50,298 bases of DNA from an uncultured Fidelibacterota bacterium (GCA_913040915.1 CAJWHW010000013.1:1-50298); one strand, 5' to 3'. Numbered from the stretch's first letter, positions 10,400-22,262 are shown. Notes: a model not told the origin generated them from the letters alone. Numbers and translations are program-made.

Positions 10400-12301
10400 A
10401 TGGGGAAAATTATAGGAATTGATTTAGGTACAACTAATTCTTGTGTGGCAGTTTTGGAAGGTGGAGAGCCTACCGTTATAAACAATCCCGAGGGAGGGAG
10501 AACTACACCTTCAATTATTGGTTTTGCCAAAGATGGAGATCGTCTTATTGGCCAGGCTGCAAAAAGACAAGCAGTTACTAATCCTGAAAACACTGTTTTT
10601 TCAATAAAAAGATTTATGGGCCGCATGTATGAAGAAGTTGGAACAGAGTTATCTGAAGTTCCCTATAAAGTCACCAAAAATTCCAGTGGTGCATGTGTCG
10701 TTACAGTAGGAGATAAAGAATATACTCCGCCTGAAATTTCAGCTATGGTACTTCAGAAACTTAAGCAGCAGGCGGAAGAATATCTTGGCGCAACTGTGAC
10801 TGATGCTGTCATTACTGTTCCAGCTTATTTTAATGATTCCCAACGTCAGGCCACAAAAGATGCAGGTAAAATTGCCGGACTAAATGTACGTAGAATCATA
10901 AATGAGCCCACAGCTGCTTCATTAGCCTATGGATTGGATAAGAAAAAGGATGAGAAAATCGCAGTTTTTGATTTAGGGGGCGGTACTTTTGATATTTCAA
11001 TTTTGGAATTGGGTGATGGCGTTTTTGAAGTTAAATCATCAAATGGAGATGGTCATTTGGGTGGAGATGATTTTGATCAAAAAGTAATAGAATGGATTGC
11101 AGATGAATTCCAAAAATCTGATGGAATTGATCTTAGGAAAGATCCAATGGCTCTTCAACGTTTGAAAGAAGCAGCAGAAGCGGCCAAGAAAGAACTTTCT
11201 TCATCAAAACAAACGGATATTAACCTTCCTTTTGTAACAGCAGATGCATCAGGACCAAAACATTTAAACCTGAACTTGACTCAAGCAAAGTTTGAAGAGC
11301 TTGTTAATGATCTAGTTGAAAGGACAATTGCTCCCTGTAAACAAGCAATCAAAGATGCTGGCCTTTCCACTTCCGAAATTGATGAGATAATTCTTGTTGG
11401 TGGATCAACTAGAATCCCAAAAATTCAAGAAAAAGTAAAAGAAATCTTTGGAAAAGATCCGAATAAAAGTGTAAACCCTGATGAAGTTGTAGCACTTGGT
11501 GCTGCAATACAAGGGGGTGTACTATCCGGGGACGTAGATGATATTTTACTTCTAGATGTAACTCCGTTGTCACTTGGAATTGAAACATTGGGTAGTGTCT
11601 CTACTAAGCTTATAGAACGAAATACAACGATACCAACGAAAAAATCTCAAGTTTTCAGTACAGCAGCTGATAACCAGACTACTGTTGAGATTCATGTCTT
11701 ACAAGGTGAACGTGAGATGGCATCTGATAATAAAACCATCGGAAGGTTTCATTTAGCAGATATACCTTCTGCACCACGTGGAGTTCCCCAGATAGAGGTT
11801 ACTTTTGATATTGATGCAAATGGTATATTAAATGTAAATGCTAAGGATAAAGCAACAGGGAAAGAGCAAAGTATTCGTATTGAAGCATCCAGTGGTTTAT
11901 CTGATAGTGAAATTGATAAGATGGTAAATGATGCTAAAAAGAACGAAAGTGAAGATAAAGAAAAACGAAAAAAAATAGATGTCGTAAATCAAGCTGAACA
12001 TTTGATCTATGAAACAGAAAAAAATATTACAGAACATGGCGATAAGCTTGACGATTTAGAAAAGGATGGTTTAACAGAAAAAGTTGATTCATTGAAGAAA
12101 GTCAAGGATAATGGAAATCTTGATGATATAAAATCGGCGATGGAAGAGCTAAATACTTCCTGGAATGAAGTTGCATCAAAATTGTACGATGCAACCAAGC
12201 AAGAAGAGAATACAGGCGAAGGCCAAACAGCAAGTGAACCATCTGAAAAAAAGAAAAAAGAAGGTGAAATTGAAGATGCAGATTTTGAAGTAGTTGATTA
12301 A
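10400..12301 (+). CDS. dnaK: Chaperone DnaK (Hsp70)
   Basis: [25 protein letters not shown] and C-terminal [16 protein letters not shown] upstream. Confidence 0.99.
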   Translation: MGKIIGIDLGTTNSCVAVLEGGEPTVINNPEGGRTTPSIIGFAKDGDRLIGQAAKRQAVTNPENTVFSIKRFMGRMYEEVGTELSEVPYKVTKNSSGACVVTVGDKEYTPPEISAMVLQKLKQQAEEYLGATVTDAVITVPAYFNDSQRQATKDAGKIAGLNVRRIINEPTAASLAYGLDKKKDEKIAVFDLGGGTFDISILELGDGVFEVKSSNGDGHLGGDDFDQKVIEWIADEFQKSDGIDLRKDPMALQRLKEAAEAAKKELSSSKQTDINLPFVTADASGPKHLNLNLTQAKFEELVNDLVERTIAPCKQAIKDAGLSTSEIDEIILVGGSTRIPKIQEKVKEIFGKDPNKSVNPDEVVALGAAIQGGVLSGDVDDILLLDVTPLSLGIETLGSVSTKLIERNTTIPTKKSQVFSTAADNQTTVEIHVLQGEREMASDNKTIGRFHLADIPSAPRGVPQIEVTFDIDANGILNVNAKDKATGKEQSIRIEASSGLSDSEIDKMVNDAKKNESEDKEKRKKIDVVNQAEHLIYETEKNITEHGDKLDDLEKDGLTEKVDSLKKVKDNGNLDDIKSAMEELNTSWNEVASKLYDATKQEENTGEGQTASEPSEKKKKEGEIEDADFEVVD

Positions 12302-12325
12302 GGTAGCTTGCTAATATTTTTTAAG

Positions 12326-12353
12326 AAAAGCGCTCTAAGAGCGCTTTTTTTTT
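12326..12353 (+). terminator. Rho-independent terminator after dnaK
   Basis: AAAAGCGCTC-TAA-GAGCGCTTTT followed by a T run. Confidence 0.9.
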
Positions 12354-12388
12354 ATATGGAACCCATTTCTTAAATTTGGGTTATTTTT

Positions 12389-15300
12389 ATGATGAAAAAC
12401 CGTAAAAAATATATCATCGGAGCAGGAATTGGGTTTCTCCTGATATTTATAGCAATACTACGTACAACTGTATGGATAGGTTTTATAGAAAAAAAAGTAA
12501 ACGAAAAGCTTGCCGTAAAAGGGTGGAATATACAGATTGAAAAATCATCCGGTATCCTAACTGGAACAACTAAATTTTATAATTTGACCCTTAAACATTA
12601 TAATAGTCAGAATATCGATATCGATATTGCAACGGTAAACTTTGGATTTATAGAATCATTTTTTGGTAATGTTACTTTTGATCTGATATCAATAGAAGGG
12701 TTAAGTGGAGATGTTGATTATTTATGGGAGAATAAAATGTCTGAAGAAATACAGCAAAATCCATTTCATTTTCCTTTTTTTGTAAAATCTTTTTTTATTG
12801 AAGGTGATATAAGTTCTGTAATTAATAATAATTCTTTTAATCTTGATTTAAAAATGGGAGGTGAAATAATTGGTGGATCTAAACCTATTATCCATTTTGA
12901 TTTATTAAAATTAAGTATACCGGATAATAAGGGCCTGATTATTGATATGAGAAGTTTGGTTTTTGGCAAAAATGGAAAAGATTATTATATGAATAATTTA
13001 AATGGTACGGTGATGGGCTATCCTGTAAATGGATCGTTGATATTCAATAATGACCTTCCATTATTGGTTGGAAATATGATGGTTTATGATTTAACTATTC
13101 CTGAAGAATTATTTAAACGATTGCCACTTCAAAATAAATTCTCTTCTTTTCACATCAAATTTGATTTTGAATCAGATCTTAATAATTTTGATGGAAAAAT
13201 GATATTAGTCAATGATTTGGGATTAGATATGCATGGAGAATTTTTGATTCAAAAGGATAAGACTACCTGGATTTTAAAACAAATACAATTATTTGGAGAG
13301 AAGTCTAAATTAACGGTAAATGGATTTTATAAAGAAAAAGACCAAACTACTTTATATATGGATCTAATAAATTTAGACTTAAGTAGATGGATGAAAGATC
13401 AAAAGCCTACAGAGATGTCCGGTCTGTCCATAATTAATGGCAGTTTAACAAAATCAGGCTCCTTAGACCAAATTGATTTAACCTTAGAAATGGCTGAAAC
13501 AAAATGGCATGAAAAGGGAGAGATTTCCTTGCATGGCCAAGTCTCTTATCAAGATAGTATTATATCAACAATTGATCCAGTTATGATTATGATTGGTGAC
13601 AGTTATATCACGATAGATGGGGAAGGTAATTTTGCAAATAAAGCCATAAATATTAAAGGTGAGATTGAAAGTGCAGAAGTTGAATTAATTAATCGATTAC
13701 TTCCGGTAAATTTTGATTCGGGAAAAGCAACTGGGAATCTTACAGTAAGAGGTAATTTCTTCTCTCCTTCTGTTACTGCAGATCTTACATGTGAAAAAAT
13801 AATACTGGATAATTTTAAATTAGCTTCCCTTGAGTTCAATTCACAAATCAATGTAAATGATACGCTTACGTCAGGATTTGTGGAGATGAAAGCTGGTAAG
13901 GGCAGATGGGAAGAAAAATCTTTTGATAGTGGGACTATCAGCGCAACAATTAATAACAGTAATGTAATTATCAATAATTGTCATTTTAAATCTGGAAAAG
14001 ATTTTTTACAAGCATCGGGATCTTTTGATGGTGAAAAATATTATATACTTGATCGTTTCCAATTAGCATATGAAACCCACTATCTTGTTAATGCATACCC
14101 AATATCATTTTTTTTCAGAGACTCACTACTTCAAGTAGAACCATTCGAATTTCATATAAATGATGGTATGATGGAGGGAGTAATTACGGGTGGTAACCGA
14201 CCTGAAGGACGATTCAAAATGTCAAATTTTAATGCTGAAATCATCACTCAATTTTTGAATGATGAGAGATTGAATGTTTCAGGATTTATTTTTGGTGAAA
14301 TCTGGTTAAAGATGGTAGCAGGCGGTATAGATATGGATGCAGATCTGTCTTTAAAAAGCGGATACTATATGGAAGAGCCCTTTGAAGAAATGACATTATC
14401 TTTCCTATTTAAAGATGGTATATTACATATGGATGACATTTCTATGACACGTAAGGGAACAATGGGTTTGCAGTTGCATGGTATAATCCCTTTTGGAAAA
14501 AGACAAAAAATAAAATCACCCATTTCATTAAATTCTACATTCTCAAACCTTCCAATGCAATTCATTCATAGATTTATACCTGATTTTTTTACATTAGGAG
14601 GTAATGCTACCGGATCATTTCATTTGAATGGATTTCCTGATAATACAAACTTTATTTTTGATTTAGAAATTGAGGATAGTGTCTTTGATTTAGTTGAAAT
14701 GGGTCAATTCAAAGGAAATGGAAAATACGATGGAAAAAAATTGATCATTGATTCTGCCGAATCTATAAGAAATGATGCTACTATAAAAGCCTACGGGGAA
14801 GTTCCGTTTGATTTCAATCTAAGTTCTCCTAAAATAGGACGAATATTTCCGGGGGAAGTGTTTGATTTTCATGCTGAGGGCCAATTGGGCTCACTTCCTT
14901 TTTTATCACCCTATTTATCCGAACTAGATTCAGTGCGAGGTAATGTTGATATTGGCCTTTCGCTTTCAGGACCTGTCGATGCTTTAATAAGAAATGGACA
15001 TTTACGAATAAACAATGGGAAAGTTTATACCCTTTTAATTAGTGACCCAGTTAGCAATATTAATGGGGAAGCATACATGAATAATAACCAGTTGGTAATA
15101 GAGAACATGAATGGATTACTATTTCATAATTCTGGTAAATATTCCAAACCAAAAAAACAAAATACAGTTATTTCCGGGGCCGTCGATTTCACTCAATTTT
15201 TTAATCCTCAGTATGAATTAAAGGTTAAATCAAAAGAATCTTCCTTTAAAACATTATATTTAGATATACAAGGCCAGAGTAATTTAGATGTTACTATAAC

Positions 15301-16165
15301 GGGTAGAGACACGGTCACTATTGCTGGAATTATAGAGGTTTTAGATGCGAATATTTTTTATGAATTCACTACAGAAGAAATGGGGACTGCTATTAATGAA
15401 GAAAAAGGAAAAGTTATGGCATATCAAATCACTATACCAATTAGAGGTCAAGCTTTTTTTCAAAATTCTCAGATTGATGCAAAGCTCAGTGGAGAATTGA
15501 GTTTATCACAGATTGGATACAAAGAAATGGATTTTGGTGGTGAAATCTTTGTAGAAGATGGCAGTGTCTTTTCCTATAAGGATAATTTTAAAGAACTTCA
15601 GGGTTATGTAAATTTTGATAACAAGGGTTTTAATCCAATAATGGATTTAAATGCATTCACCATGATTGATGATGAGCGAATTGATTTGCGAATTAGCGGT
15701 GGCTTGGATGATCTAGATATTTCACTGTTGTCTGCTAGTGGTTTCTCAGAAAGTGATATTTTAGAATTGCTTACTTGGGGAAAGAGATTTGAAGAACAGG
15801 AATTAACTTCAACAGGTTTTGGGAATCAAACAGTTTCAATTCTAGGATCGTTACTTGAGAATCAATTAGAAAAAAATCTAAAGGAATCAGAACTAGGTAA
15901 ATTAGGGCTAGTGGATGATATTCAAATTTCTGGTACTGCGGGTTTAATTCAAGGGACAGATGATGATTTTGAACTAACCGCCAAGCGAAAAATTGGTGAT
16001 AAAACTTTTTTAAATTTATCATATAAAAGGTCTTTCTCTCTCACTAACCCTAATCAATCACAGATCGGTGTAGAATATAAATTAAATAGACATTTTTCTG
16101 TGGTGGGTAATATAGATGATGATGGAAATTTGAACCTAAAATATCGTTACCGTTACGCTTATTAA
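12389..16165 (+). CDS. tamB: TamB/AsmA-like translocation and assembly module protein
   Basis: 1258 aa, N-terminal membrane anchor, beta-rich body, DUF490-like C-terminus (LSYKRS...IGVEYKLNRHFSV...YRYRYAY). Adjacent to an Omp85 gene. Confidence 0.8.
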   Translation: MMKNRKKYIIGAGIGFLLIFIAILRTTVWIGFIEKKVNEKLAVKGWNIQIEKSSGILTGTTKFYNLTLKHYNSQNIDIDIATVNFGFIESFFGNVTFDLISIEGLSGDVDYLWENKMSEEIQQNPFHFPFFVKSFFIEGDISSVINNNSFNLDLKMGGEIIGGSKPIIHFDLLKLSIPDNKGLIIDMRSLVFGKNGKDYYMNNLNGTVMGYPVNGSLIFNNDLPLLVGNMMVYDLTIPEELFKRLPLQNKFSSFHIKFDFESDLNNFDGKMILVNDLGLDMHGEFLIQKDKTTWILKQIQLFGEKSKLTVNGFYKEKDQTTLYMDLINLDLSRWMKDQKPTEMSGLSIINGSLTKSGSLDQIDLTLEMAETKWHEKGEISLHGQVSYQDSIISTIDPVMIMIGDSYITIDGEGNFANKAINIKGEIESAEVELINRLLPVNFDSGKATGNLTVRGNFFSPSVTADLTCEKIILDNFKLASLEFNSQINVNDTLTSGFVEMKAGKGRWEEKSFDSGTISATINNSNVIINNCHFKSGKDFLQASGSFDGEKYYILDRFQLAYETHYLVNAYPISFFFRDSLLQVEPFEFHINDGMMEGVITGGNRPEGRFKMSNFNAEIITQFLNDERLNVSGFIFGEIWLKMVAGGIDMDADLSLKSGYYMEEPFEEMTLSFLFKDGILHMDDISMTRKGTMGLQLHGIIPFGKRQKIKSPISLNSTFSNLPMQFIHRFIPDFFTLGGNATGSFHLNGFPDNTNFIFDLEIEDSVFDLVEMGQFKGNGKYDGKKLIIDSAESIRNDATIKAYGEVPFDFNLSSPKIGRIFPGEVFDFHAEGQLGSLPFLSPYLSELDSVRGNVDIGLSLSGPVDALIRNGHLRINNGKVYTLLISDPVSNINGEAYMNNNQLVIENMNGLLFHNSGKYSKPKKQNTVISGAVDFTQFFNPQYELKVKSKESSFKTLYLDIQGQSNLDVTITGRDTVTIAGIIEVLDANIFYEFTTEEMGTAINEEKGKVMAYQITIPIRGQAFFQNSQIDAKLSGELSLSQIGYKEMDFGGEIFVEDGSVFSYKDNFKELQGYVNFDNKGFNPIMDLNAFTMIDDERIDLRISGGLDDLDISLLSASGFSESDILELLTWGKRFEEQELTSTGFGNQTVSILGSLLENQLEKNLKESELGKLGLVDDIQISGTAGLIQGTDDDFELTAKRKIGDKTFLNLSYKRSFSLTNPNQSQIGVEYKLNRHFSVVGNIDDDGNLNLKYRYRYAY

Positions 16166-16172
16166 CTAACCA

Positions 16173-17957
16173 GTGAAAAAAAGTTATCTTTTCTTTCTGT
16201 CTCTTATGGCATGGATTAGTACATTACATCCACAGTCTGATGATGTTATAATCAGATCAGTAACTTTGGATGGAAATGATAAAGTTTCCATTAAAGAAGT
16301 GTTATATTTAATTCGTCAGCGCCCACCCAATTTATTTTTTCGTCGGCCAGAATTTGATTCTAGATTATTAAAATTAGATGCTCTAACTTTAAAAAGTTAT
16401 TATCATTCAAAAGGCTTTTTGGATGCTGATGTACAAGAATCATATATTATTGAAAATGGTACAGCAGATATTATTTATAAAATACAGGAAGGTAAGCAAT
16501 ATTATTTATCGAGTATAGAAATAATTGGAAATAACAACATATCGAATGAAACTATAATAAATATACTTGGATTAAGAATAGATAAGCCTTATGACCCTGT
16601 TTTTATCAATGATAATTTATTTAAGGTGGAAAATGAATATCATCAGATTGGGAAATTATTTTTCACTATTCAGGTTTTAGATGAAATTACAGATTCTGTA
16701 AATGTAAAAATTGAGATAAATGAAGGGAAAGATGTTTTTATTAATAAGACATATTTCGAAAAAATAGGGAGTATTGATAGTACTTTGGTATGGAGAGAAA
16801 TAACTTACAAGAAAGGAGATCTATACACAAAAAAAGAAATGGATATCACTTCTAGAAGAATCAAAGAAATGGGTGTTTTTTCTATGGCAAATATGGTTCC
16901 AGTAAAGGTAGCAGATTCTGATTCATTAGTAAATATGGTGATTGAATTCCGTCGATATAAACAAAGAGAGTGGAATTCAGTTGGAGGTTATGACCCAATT
17001 AGATTCGCTGAAGGGGCCGAACCCCTACCTGCACTTAGTGGTACTCTTGAGTGGCGAAATAGATCCTTTTTTAATACACCAACTCAATTTTCAACAAAAA
17101 TTTTAGCTGGTATTCCTGTAGAAGAAGAATTAATTCTCCCAAGAATCCGATATGATTTAAGTTTAGCGAGCAATTGGTTTTTTGGCATAAGATTTCCAAC
17201 AAAAATTACTGGTTACTATGAGACATTTATTGAATATAAAGATCAAATTGAAACCATTGAAAGGCTTGGTATTAATTTATCCCAACGAATACAATTTGAA
17301 AGCCGATCATATTTTGAAACAAAATCTGTGTGGGAGTCTTTTAGCGATCAATCAGTATCCAATGAAAATATTGAACAAAGATCCATTGGTTTCAGATTAA
17401 ATATAGATCGAAAAGATAATCCATTGTTTACACGAAAAGGCTACCTATTCCTATGTTCATTTAAATCAGCCGGTTCTTTTTTAGGAGGAGAAAGGGATTA
17501 CACGAAAACTGATTTTACATTTCAATCCTATATTCCTATAGGAAAAAAGTCAGTTTTTGCATCTAGATTAAAGATTGGGAGACTTTGGGGTTGGAAAAAA
17601 GAATATTCAGATTATTCTTATGAGAAATTTTATTTAGGAGGCAGTACTTCCATGCGTGGTTGGGATGTACTGCGATTTGAAGAAGTTAATGGTGAACCTG
17701 TTGGTAAGTTAATTCGTTTGATGGCAAATGTAGAATATCGTTTATCTTTATATAAATTATTAGGTTTGACAATGTTCTTAGATGGGGGCTTATTGGCTAA
17801 TAATATTGATAATATTTCTAGGAAAATCTTTAAAGTAGATACTGGAATTGGTCTCACAATTCAAACTCCATTGGGTCCCGCTAGGGTAGATTATGCTTTT
17901 CAGACTTTGAATCCAAATAATTGGAAAATACAATTAGGTGTCCAAAACTTATTTTGA
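16173..17957 (+). CDS. Omp85 (TamA/BamA-family) outer membrane protein with POTRA domains
   Basis: Signal peptide, POTRA-like repeats, FYLGGSTSMRGW (VRGY-like loop), TPLGPARVDYA and terminal F. GTG start. Confidence 0.88.
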   Translation: MKKSYLFFLSLMAWISTLHPQSDDVIIRSVTLDGNDKVSIKEVLYLIRQRPPNLFFRRPEFDSRLLKLDALTLKSYYHSKGFLDADVQESYIIENGTADIIYKIQEGKQYYLSSIEIIGNNNISNETIINILGLRIDKPYDPVFINDNLFKVENEYHQIGKLFFTIQVLDEITDSVNVKIEINEGKDVFINKTYFEKIGSIDSTLVWREITYKKGDLYTKKEMDITSRRIKEMGVFSMANMVPVKVADSDSLVNMVIEFRRYKQREWNSVGGYDPIRFAEGAEPLPALSGTLEWRNRSFFNTPTQFSTKILAGIPVEEELILPRIRYDLSLASNWFFGIRFPTKITGYYETFIEYKDQIETIERLGINLSQRIQFESRSYFETKSVWESFSDQSVSNENIEQRSIGFRLNIDRKDNPLFTRKGYLFLCSFKSAGSFLGGERDYTKTDFTFQSYIPIGKKSVFASRLKIGRLWGWKKEYSDYSYEKFYLGGSTSMRGWDVLRFEEVNGEPVGKLIRLMANVEYRLSLYKLLGLTMFLDGGLLANNIDNISRKIFKVDTGIGLTIQTPLGPARVDYAFQTLNPNNWKIQLGVQNLF

Positions 17958-18066
17958 ATAAAAATTTTGGAACTGACTATGCAATAGCGCATTTAATCAT
18001 GACCAAAGGCTTTCTAGGAAAGAAAACAAACCTTAATTTCCGCGGCTTTTAAATAACAGGAATAAA

Positions 18067-18801
18067 ATGAATACCAGACTTTTAATTTCAATTTCAGGGT
18101 TATTATTAATTTACGGATGTTCTAAATCTGCGGATGAATTATTTGAGATATCTAATGAAAATCTGAAAAATGATGAAACAGACAAGGCAATCACGGGATA
18201 TGAGAAACTGTTGTATAAATATCCAGAGGATACTTTAGCATCCCAAGTACAGTACAAACTAGCTACTTTACATTTAAATTGGAAAAATGATCTTCCTGCG
18301 GGGTACTCTGCTCTCGAAGCAACCGTAAGCAACTATGGTGGGACAATCCATGCAACGCAGGCTCAAAAAGAAATTGATCAATTTCCTGAATATATTCTTA
18401 ATAAAGCAGAATCTCTTCGGAAACGGAAGATGGTTAAAGAATCTGTAGAACACCTAATGTACATGTTAGATAACCACTCACAGCATCAATTAGCACCAAA
18501 AGCACAATATATGTTGGGTGATTTATATATGAATGATCTTCGTGATTTTACGACGGCTGTTCAAGAATATCGTAAAGTGATTGAAAATTATGCAGGTTCT
18601 TCACAGGAAGCTCATGCACTTTTCATGATTGGCTATATATATGCGAATGTAGTAAATGATCCAAAAAGCGCAGAAATTGAATATAAATCTTTTCTGGAAA
18701 AATTTCCTACCCATGAGTTGGCACCATCAGTCAAATTTGAGATTGAATTTCTTGGGAAAAGCATTGAAGAAATTCCTGCACTTAAACATATAACATCTTA
18801 A
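18067..18801 (+). CDS. TPR-repeat lipoprotein (BamD/CpoB-like)
   Basis: Lipobox IYGC; repeated TPR motifs (KYPEDTLA, APKAQYMLG, AHALFMIG, KFPTHELA). Confidence 0.75.
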   Translation: MNTRLLISISGLLLIYGCSKSADELFEISNENLKNDETDKAITGYEKLLYKYPEDTLASQVQYKLATLHLNWKNDLPAGYSALEATVSNYGGTIHATQAQKEIDQFPEYILNKAESLRKRKMVKESVEHLMYMLDNHSQHQLAPKAQYMLGDLYMNDLRDFTTAVQEYRKVIENYAGSSQEAHALFMIGYIYANVVNDPKSAEIEYKSFLEKFPTHELAPSVKFEIEFLGKSIEEIPALKHITS

Positions 18802-18812
18802 TAAATTCACCT

Positions 18813-19808
18813 ATGTCCGAATTCAGTTTAACCGAGGTCAATGAAAAGATCTCAAAATCATCTGTGTTTGTAGATGATTTAGTTAAAGGGATGAACCAAA
18901 TCATTATTGGTCAGGAAAACTTAGTTGACAAGATTATAATTTCCATACTTGCAAATGGACATATTTTGCTTGAAGGGGTACCAGGGTTAGCAAAAACATT
19001 AACCGTTAATACTTTATCCAAACTGGTTAATACTAATTTCCAACGGATTCAATTTACGCCTGACATGCTACCTGCAGATTTGTTAGGAACGCTAATATAC
19101 AATCAAAAAACAGGCGAATTTGACACACGAAAAGGCCCTATTTTTTCCAATATAATCTTAGCAGATGAGATCAACCGCTCACCTGCTAAGGTTCAAAGTG
19201 CATTGCTTGAAGCTATGCAGGAGCGCCAAGTAACAATTGGCGAGAATACATTCCCTTTAGCTTCACCATTTTTAGTAATGGCAACTCAAAACCCTATTGA
19301 ACAGGAAGGTACTTATCCATTGCCAGAAGCACAGGTAGATCGTTTCATGTTTAAGTTGGTTGTTCATTATCCAGATAAAGAATCGGAAAGAAAAGTACTG
19401 CGCCAGAATACAATATCAAATAGTTTGGATACAATTAATGCTGTCGTCACGCCAGAACAAATTATAGAGGCGCAACAAGTTATTCATGAAATTTACGTAG
19501 ATGAAAAAGTTGAAGATTATGTATTAAATCTAATTTTCGCTACTCGGGACCCTGTCGGGCATGGTTTAAAGGATCTCGAAGGAATTATTGATTTTGGTGC
19601 ATCGCCAAGAGCTACAATAAATTTAATTCGATCTGCAAAAGCTCGGGCATTCACAGAGCACCGCGGATATATTACGCCTGAAGATATACGTTATATTGGT
19701 GCCGATGTTTTACGCCACAGGGTAATTTTAACCTACGAAGCAGAAGCAGAAGAATTAACCTCTGAAGATGTGATCCAAAGATTATTTGAAGTTGTAGAAG
19801 TACCTTGA
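18813..19808 (+). CDS. moxR: MoxR-family AAA+ ATPase
   Basis: LLEGVPGLAKT, RIQFTPDMLPAD, LADEINR, ATQNPIEQEGTYPLPEAQVDRF and GASPRA. Confidence 0.95.
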   Translation: MSEFSLTEVNEKISKSSVFVDDLVKGMNQIIIGQENLVDKIIISILANGHILLEGVPGLAKTLTVNTLSKLVNTNFQRIQFTPDMLPADLLGTLIYNQKTGEFDTRKGPIFSNIILADEINRSPAKVQSALLEAMQERQVTIGENTFPLASPFLVMATQNPIEQEGTYPLPEAQVDRFMFKLVVHYPDKESERKVLRQNTISNSLDTINAVVTPEQIIEAQQVIHEIYVDEKVEDYVLNLIFATRDPVGHGLKDLEGIIDFGASPRATINLIRSAKARAFTEHRGYITPEDIRYIGADVLRHRVILTYEAEAEELTSEDVIQRLFEVVEVP

Positions 19809-19850
19809 TTCTACAGTTGGTCTTCTTCTCAAAAAACTAGAGGCTAATAA

Positions 19851-20726
19851 ATGCTTCCCCGCCAAATCCTGAAAAAAGTTAAACAGATTGAGATCAGGAC
19901 TCGTGGTCTTGTGAATGATTTATTCGGTGGTGAATATCATTCTGTATTTAAAGGCCGTGGCATGACTTTTTCGGAAGTACGTGAATATCAACCGGGAGAT
20001 GATATTCGACTTATTGATTGGAATGTTACTGCCCGCACTGGCTCGCCATTCATAAAAATATTTGAAGAAGAGAGGGAACTTACAGTTTACTTAGTTGTGG
20101 ATATTTCTGCCTCAGGTGAATTCGGATCAGGGCAGCAATTAAAGCGGGATTTTGGGGCGGAGATTGCAGCTGTACTTGGATTTTCTGCCATTAAGAATAA
20201 TGATAAAGTTGGATTAATCCTTTTTTCTGATGATGTAGAAAAATATGTTGTCCCGAAAAAGGGAAAAAGCCATGTGCTTCGGGTTATCCGTGAACTGTTA
20301 TACACACAGCCTGAACGTACTGGAACTTCTATTAAAAATGCTTTGGATTATCTATTAAAAGTCGCTAAGAGGAAAAGTGTAGTTTTTATCATATCAGACT
20401 TTTTGGATGAAAATTATTGGGCTTCATTAAAGGTAGTCAACAAGAAACATGATGTAATTGGTATCAAATTACTGGATCCTGCTGAAACTAATTTACCAGA
20501 TATAGGACTTCTGAAAATGGAAGATCCTGAAACAGGTGAAGCATTTTGGGTCGACACTTCTTTAAAGAAAGCACGTGAACGTCTAAAAATAGAAATCCAG
20601 TCTAAGCAGGAAATATTCAAGAAAGATGCAAGAAAAATTAAATTTGATATTATTCCAATCTTAACAAGTCAAGATTACGTTGAACCTCTAATGTCATTTT
20701 TCAGAAATAGGGAAAAAAGACATTAA
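19851..20726 (+). CDS. DUF58 / vWA-like protein (MoxR partner)
   Basis: FKGRGMTFSEVREYQPGDDIRLIDWNVTAR, EEERE, DISAS and ISDF motifs. Confidence 0.92.
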   Translation: MLPRQILKKVKQIEIRTRGLVNDLFGGEYHSVFKGRGMTFSEVREYQPGDDIRLIDWNVTARTGSPFIKIFEEERELTVYLVVDISASGEFGSGQQLKRDFGAEIAAVLGFSAIKNNDKVGLILFSDDVEKYVVPKKGKSHVLRVIRELLYTQPERTGTSIKNALDYLLKVAKRKSVVFIISDFLDENYWASLKVVNKKHDVIGIKLLDPAETNLPDIGLLKMEDPETGEAFWVDTSLKKARERLKIEIQSKQEIFKKDARKIKFDIIPILTSQDYVEPLMSFFRNREKRH

Positions 20727-21589
20727 TGAAATTGGTATTTGGGCATTTAATTTATTTTTCATTGTTATTTTCACAATCCTTAAGTGTTATTTCAGAATTA
20801 GATACCACTGAAGGATTCATTGGCGATATATTTAAATGGTCTGTCAAAGTTGAGGGAAAAACTGATCATATAATTCAATTTCCTGAATTGAAAACTATTA
20901 ATGATTCAATCTCTTTAAGGAATAAATATTTGATTTATGAAAATGGAAGTTTGGTAGGCATTCAATTCGAATTAATGGCATGGGATACTGGACATTTTAT
21001 TCTTCCAGAATATTCAGTTAATATTTTAAACCCAGATAGCTCAATTCAATATACATTAGAGACAAATCAGATCGGTTTTTCAATCCAATCAATTCTAGCA
21101 AAAACTGACGTATCTGACTTTAGGCCGTTCAAGGGTCCAGTACCTGTACGTGGCGTTTTCCCAATGCGCCAAGTTTTATTATTGATACTTTGTGTTTTAT
21201 TATTTTTTGGAATGGTTTGGACATGGAGACAAAGGCTAGAACCTCAATATGAAAAAGCAAACTATATATTTATAGAATCACCGGAACAGCGGGCAATTCA
21301 ACGACTTGGAGAATTAGACTCGAATGGTTTAACAAAGGACTTTTATGCTGAATTATCCCATATTTCCCGAGAATACATTGAAACTAAATATTTTATACGA
21401 ACTCTTGAAATGACAACAGAAGAAATACGAAAAAATAAAGATTTATTTCCAATGAGTGATAATGTATTCTCTAAATGGATTCAATTCTTATCGGAAGCAG
21501 ATATGGTAAAATATGCAAAGGATGTTCCAATTTCAGAGAAAAAGAATTTAGATAAGGATATGATTTTTTCTCTTATTCAAAAATATTAA
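20726..21589 (+). CDS. Bat-operon-associated membrane protein (signal peptide plus one TM)
   Basis: Follows moxR-DUF58; C-terminal FYAELSHISREYIE...EMTTEE...ADMVKYAK pattern typical of the third gene in such operons. Confidence 0.65.
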   Translation: MKLVFGHLIYFSLLFSQSLSVISELDTTEGFIGDIFKWSVKVEGKTDHIIQFPELKTINDSISLRNKYLIYENGSLVGIQFELMAWDTGHFILPEYSVNILNPDSSIQYTLETNQIGFSIQSILAKTDVSDFRPFKGPVPVRGVFPMRQVLLLILCVLLFFGMVWTWRQRLEPQYEKANYIFIESPEQRAIQRLGELDSNGLTKDFYAELSHISREYIETKYFIRTLEMTTEEIRKNKDLFPMSDNVFSKWIQFLSEADMVKYAKDVPISEKKNLDKDMIFSLIQKY

Positions 21590-21680
21590 ATTTTTTAATA
21601 ATTTAAAATTACCCTCATTTGAACCAACAAACTCCCTACGTAAATTTCAGACTCAAAATTTTAACTAATTAAGGATATTT

Positions 21681-22244
21681 ATGGCAACGACTGCAGATAT
21701 TAGAAATGGCGCTGTAATTCTGCACAAACATAAAAGAATGAAAGTTGTAGAATTTCAGCATGTTAAACCAGGGAAAGGCGGTGCGTTTGTACGAACAAAG
21801 TTAAAAGATATTCAATCTGGAAAAATTATTGATGAAACATTTAATGCAGGTCATCGATTGGAATTTATAAGAGTCGAAGCGAAAGCCATGCAATTCTTAT
21901 ATATTGATGGGCAATTTTTTATATTCATGGATAACGAAACATATGACCAAATTAATATTCCTGAAGATTCAGTTGGGGATGGTAAAAATTTCCTTGTTGG
22001 AGGAATGAATGTTGATCTTTTATTTGATGGTAATGAAGTTTTAGATATTCGTTTACCATCTCATGTTAAATTGGAAGTGACGAAAACAGAACCAGGGTTT
22101 AAAGGGAATACCGCAACCGGTGCAACCAAGCCTGCAACTATGGAAACTGGATTTACCCTAAATGTTCCTTTATTTATTGAAGAAGGAGACAAACTTCGTA
22201 TTGATACACGAACTGGTGCGTATGTTGAACGGTCCAAGGAATAA
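21681..22244 (+). CDS. efp: Elongation factor P
   Basis: HVKPGKGGAFVRTKL, TEPGFKGNTA, VPLFI and DTRTGAY. Confidence 0.98.
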   Translation: MATTADIRNGAVILHKHKRMKVVEFQHVKPGKGGAFVRTKLKDIQSGKIIDETFNAGHRLEFIRVEAKAMQFLYIDGQFFIFMDNETYDQINIPEDSVGDGKNFLVGGMNVDLLFDGNEVLDIRLPSHVKLEVTKTEPGFKGNTATGATKPATMETGFTLNVPLFIEEGDKLRIDTRTGAYVERSKE

Positions 22245-22262
22245 ATTTGAGAAGGAGTAATT

